IMG/VR virus record: IMGVR_UViG_3300029258_001230
Direction: 5' to 3' (one strand)
Source of the DNA: an uncultured virus (IMG/VR IMGVR_UViG_3300029258_001230)
Lineage: Duplodnaviria > Heunggongvirae > Uroviricota > Caudoviricetes
Length of the DNA stretch: 64,000 nt
The position numbers were made by a program, and so were the translations under genes. The notes under the pieces were generated by a model that was given only the letters and a program-made list of their open reading frames with translations, was not told the origin of the DNA and ran no database searches. Shown piece after piece: positions 61,617 through 64,000 of this stretch (position 1 is the first letter of the stretch; each line of letters begins with the position of its first letter).

Positions 61617-62036
61617 ATGATTGAGTTAATACCACCTTACGTCTATGTTGGGTTAGATTACAAAGTAGAGGATAAGGACTATATTTCTTATGTGGAAGAT
61701 AAAACAAAAACCATTATTAATAGGTTTTGCGGATTAGATTACCAAACATATATGATAGATAATGCTAATAGTAGAAAAAGAGAGTATGTTGTTCCTAGAC
61801 AAATATACTTCTTTTTATGCCATAACATTCTTTTGGGCAGAAGGGAATATATTATATCCAAGTTTGCAAGAGAAAAGGGTTTTAATCATGGAACTCTTAT
61901 TTCAAATATTAATAGGATAAAAGGGTTTGTGGAAACAGATAAGTTGCTTAACTTTGAAATTCAGAACATGTTAAAATCAATAAAAGAATGGACTTTTCGT
62001 TACGAGCCAACAAACACTTTTCAAGACCTCTTTTAG
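61617..62036 (+). CDS. DnaA C-terminal-like HTH protein
   Basis: SRKREYVVPRQIYFFL...NHGTLIS. Confidence 0.7.
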   Translation: MIELIPPYVYVGLDYKVEDKDYISYVEDKTKTIINRFCGLDYQTYMIDNANSRKREYVVPRQIYFFLCHNILLGRREYIISKFAREKGFNHGTLISNINRIKGFVETDKLLNFEIQNMLKSIKEWTFRYEPTNTFQDLF

Positions 62037-62563
62037 TCAAACTTTTCAAGAATTTAAAAGGTGTTAATTGTAAAGTAGTATTCAATAAAGGGTGTAATTA
62101 TTATTCTCCAGAACTAAGTATTCAGCAAAAGGAGCAAATTAATAAGTTGGTTGGATTTTCCGATGGGTTGTTTGTTCATAGAAATTCATTCAGGGTAGGT
62201 TGGAGGGCAAATACTATTGGAGATATTGAGTTGTTTGCATATTTCTATAAAAACGGGAAAAGACCAAGCCTTCCTGAGATTGAGTACACCTATTATTTAG
62301 GTTCTGTATCTATTGGAGAGCCTTTTGATGTTTCGATTAATAAAGTTAGTGGTAGTTATGGGGAGTCCGATTACGTTAAATATATTGTCCGAACAAGTAA
62401 AACCAAAAGTAAGGTGTTGATAGAACATAAGTCTAAAAAATCTTATGGTTGGTTTTTGAAACCCTACATTGGTGGAAAAGCTACCTATCCAAACGATATG
62501 AGTATTACGATCAATGAAAAATCAAAAAAAGAATACTACTTCAAAGCAAAAGGTTTTAAGTAG
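61988..62563 (+). CDS. hypothetical beta-rich protein
   Basis: INKLVGFSDG...NSFRVGWR...LKPYIGG. Confidence 0.65.
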   Translation: MDFSLRANKHFSRPLLVKLFKNLKGVNCKVVFNKGCNYYSPELSIQQKEQINKLVGFSDGLFVHRNSFRVGWRANTIGDIELFAYFYKNGKRPSLPEIEYTYYLGSVSIGEPFDVSINKVSGSYGESDYVKYIVRTSKTKSKVLIEHKSKKSYGWFLKPYIGGKATYPNDMSITINEKSKKEYYFKAKGFK

Positions 62564-62754
62564 AGTAGACCTTAAAGGTGTCAGGCTTTGCCAATTCTAC
62601 ACGGATAATCCTGATTTGTTCCATAACGATAAAAGGAAGCAATACAATATATTAGGAGGGGTTGATTTCCTGCCATTGTATGATGATGTAGAAGAGGATG
62701 TTTGATTTAATAAATTAATTTATTATATTGTACCATACACAAACACATTGAATT

Positions 62755-63036
62755 ATGAAAAAGATTACTATTCCAGACCTGATTGTTAATTTAGAGTCTA
62801 AAAAAAGGGTTGACAAACAAGCTCCCGAAGAATCCTTACCTGACCTATATAAGAAGATTGGCTATGGTTTAGCTTTAGAGTCTTTAGAGGAGTGTAAAGA
62901 TTACATTATTCACTCAGTAAAAGGGTTTGAAGAAGCTATATCTATTTGCCGAATGTTAATCAAGAACGATAGGAAGTTAAGTAAGGATGAAATATTGGAA
63001 TCATTAAAATTGTTCTTAGAAAATAACGAGTTATGA
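62755..63036 (+). CDS. hypothetical protein
   Basis: Preceded by a CACAAAC leader. Confidence 0.65.
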   Translation: MKKITIPDLIVNLESKKRVDKQAPEESLPDLYKKIGYGLALESLEECKDYIIHSVKGFEEAISICRMLIKNDRKLSKDEILESLKLFLENNEL

Positions 63037-63410
63037 AAGATGAATATTTAAGAGAAAAAATCATTGCTGAATCAAAAATCCAGTCTTTAGAAGCCTCCGT
63101 CAGTAGAGAAAAAGAGATTTCAAGTAAGGCTATTGAGTCTTTAAATAGTTTCGCATCATGGCTTATAGTGGTAGTCATATTTTTTCTAAGTATAATATCA
63201 TGGAAGTTTTATGACTCCAAACCTAAGTCGCAATTAGAGTTAGAGAATGAGCGTTTGAAACAAGAGCTTAAATTTAAGCAGGAGATAATCAATAGTTGGG
63301 AGGATCATGCCAACAGAATGAAAAGAATAGTTGGTCTTCCAGATACAGTTGAGTGGTCTTATAAGCAAAAGGTTATTCGCCCAATAGATACTCATAAATT
63401 AGAGAAGTAA
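63033..63410 (+). CDS. membrane protein
   Basis: Central TM helix plus coiled coil. Confidence 0.65.
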   Translation: MKDEYLREKIIAESKIQSLEASVSREKEISSKAIESLNSFASWLIVVVIFFLSIISWKFYDSKPKSQLELENERLKQELKFKQEIINSWEDHANRMKRIVGLPDTVEWSYKQKVIRPIDTHKLEK

Positions 63411-63427
63411 CAAAATTTTGAAAACAA

Positions 63428-63856
63428 ATGGAAACAAAAAATTTACGAATAGGAAACTTGGTGGGAATAAAGAAAACCGCCCTACACGCTGACGGCTGCA
63501 ATACTGAAAACACCTTCTTTGAAATAGAGGAACTAAAAAAAGACGTAGTGCAATTTAAAGGCTTTCACGCTGGCGAATATTACAAAGACTTGAAGGGAAT
63601 CAAACTTAATGAAGGGATGCTATCTCTATATGGTTTTAAACGTTCAAGTGAGAAACTAATTTACTTGCCAATACCACAGATAAAATCTGAAATACACTTT
63701 GAGAAACACGCTTACGGGAACGTGATAACCTTACAAAGTAGTGTAGGGATGTTTGTTCCAAATGATATTCAGTACTTCCACGAATTGCAGAATCTATTTT
63801 TTTCGATTACTGGCGAAGAACTTGAATTAGTACACGAACGTAGCACTTGTGGCTAA
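63428..63856 (+). CDS. conserved Bacteroidota-phage protein
   Basis: LRIGNLV...IQYFHELQNLFFSITGEEL; stop inside GGCTAAC. Confidence 0.7.
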   Translation: METKNLRIGNLVGIKKTALHADGCNTENTFFEIEELKKDVVQFKGFHAGEYYKDLKGIKLNEGMLSLYGFKRSSEKLIYLPIPQIKSEIHFEKHAYGNVITLQSSVGMFVPNDIQYFHELQNLFFSITGEELELVHERSTCG

Positions 63857-63979
63857 CGTATAGTGGTATGGTGTCGTAGCGGATTAGAACGCACGAACCT
63901 TTGAATAATAACAGAACTTAATAAATAGAATAAATGATTGACTTAAACGAAAAACCGCTATGCACTATACCACGTGTTA
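63854..63979 (+). repeat. attC-like hairpin
   Basis: TAAC...GTGGTATGGTGTCGTAGCGG...CCGCTATGCACTATACCAC...GTTA. Confidence 0.8.
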
Positions 63980-64000
63980 CAGGCAGTACGGGTATAAATG

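Noticed and set aside
1..64000. Integrase, DNA polymerase, RNA polymerase or alternative genetic code
   Set aside because: No recognisable catalytic motifs for these enzymes in any ORF; genes tile densely under the standard code

Overview
AT-rich, densely coding viral DNA, probably most of one genome from a virus of a Bacteroidota (Flavobacteria-like) host. The host call rests on TAnnTTTG promoters, a general lack of Shine-Dalgarno sites and a DUF4494-like gene. I recognise no terminase, portal, HK97 capsid or tail genes. Instead there is an A32/FtsK-HerA-type packaging ATPase (29697), a candidate single-jelly-roll major capsid protein (34913) with a paralog (30605), more than 20 small membrane proteins, a spike, a lysis module and glycosyl/sulfo/methyltransferase clusters. 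Together these suggest an unusually large tailless, membrane-containing virus. Three systems stand out. (1) The early regions (1-14.3 kb and 57.7-64 kb) hold integron-like gene cassettes with complementary ends (GTTRRRY...RYYYAAC). They are separated by attC-like hairpins, and most arrays end in a 7-copy conserved double-hairpin repeat; no integrase is visible. (2) A block of large polyvalent proteins (15-27 kb) is punctuated by about 18 xxxGG motifs, and four of them end in a shared F(L)NW C-terminal tag. (3) A [FYH]xxxxG motif of the NADG type is shared by the capsid candidate and about 10 membrane proteins. All family assignments come from motif recognition by eye, not database searches.
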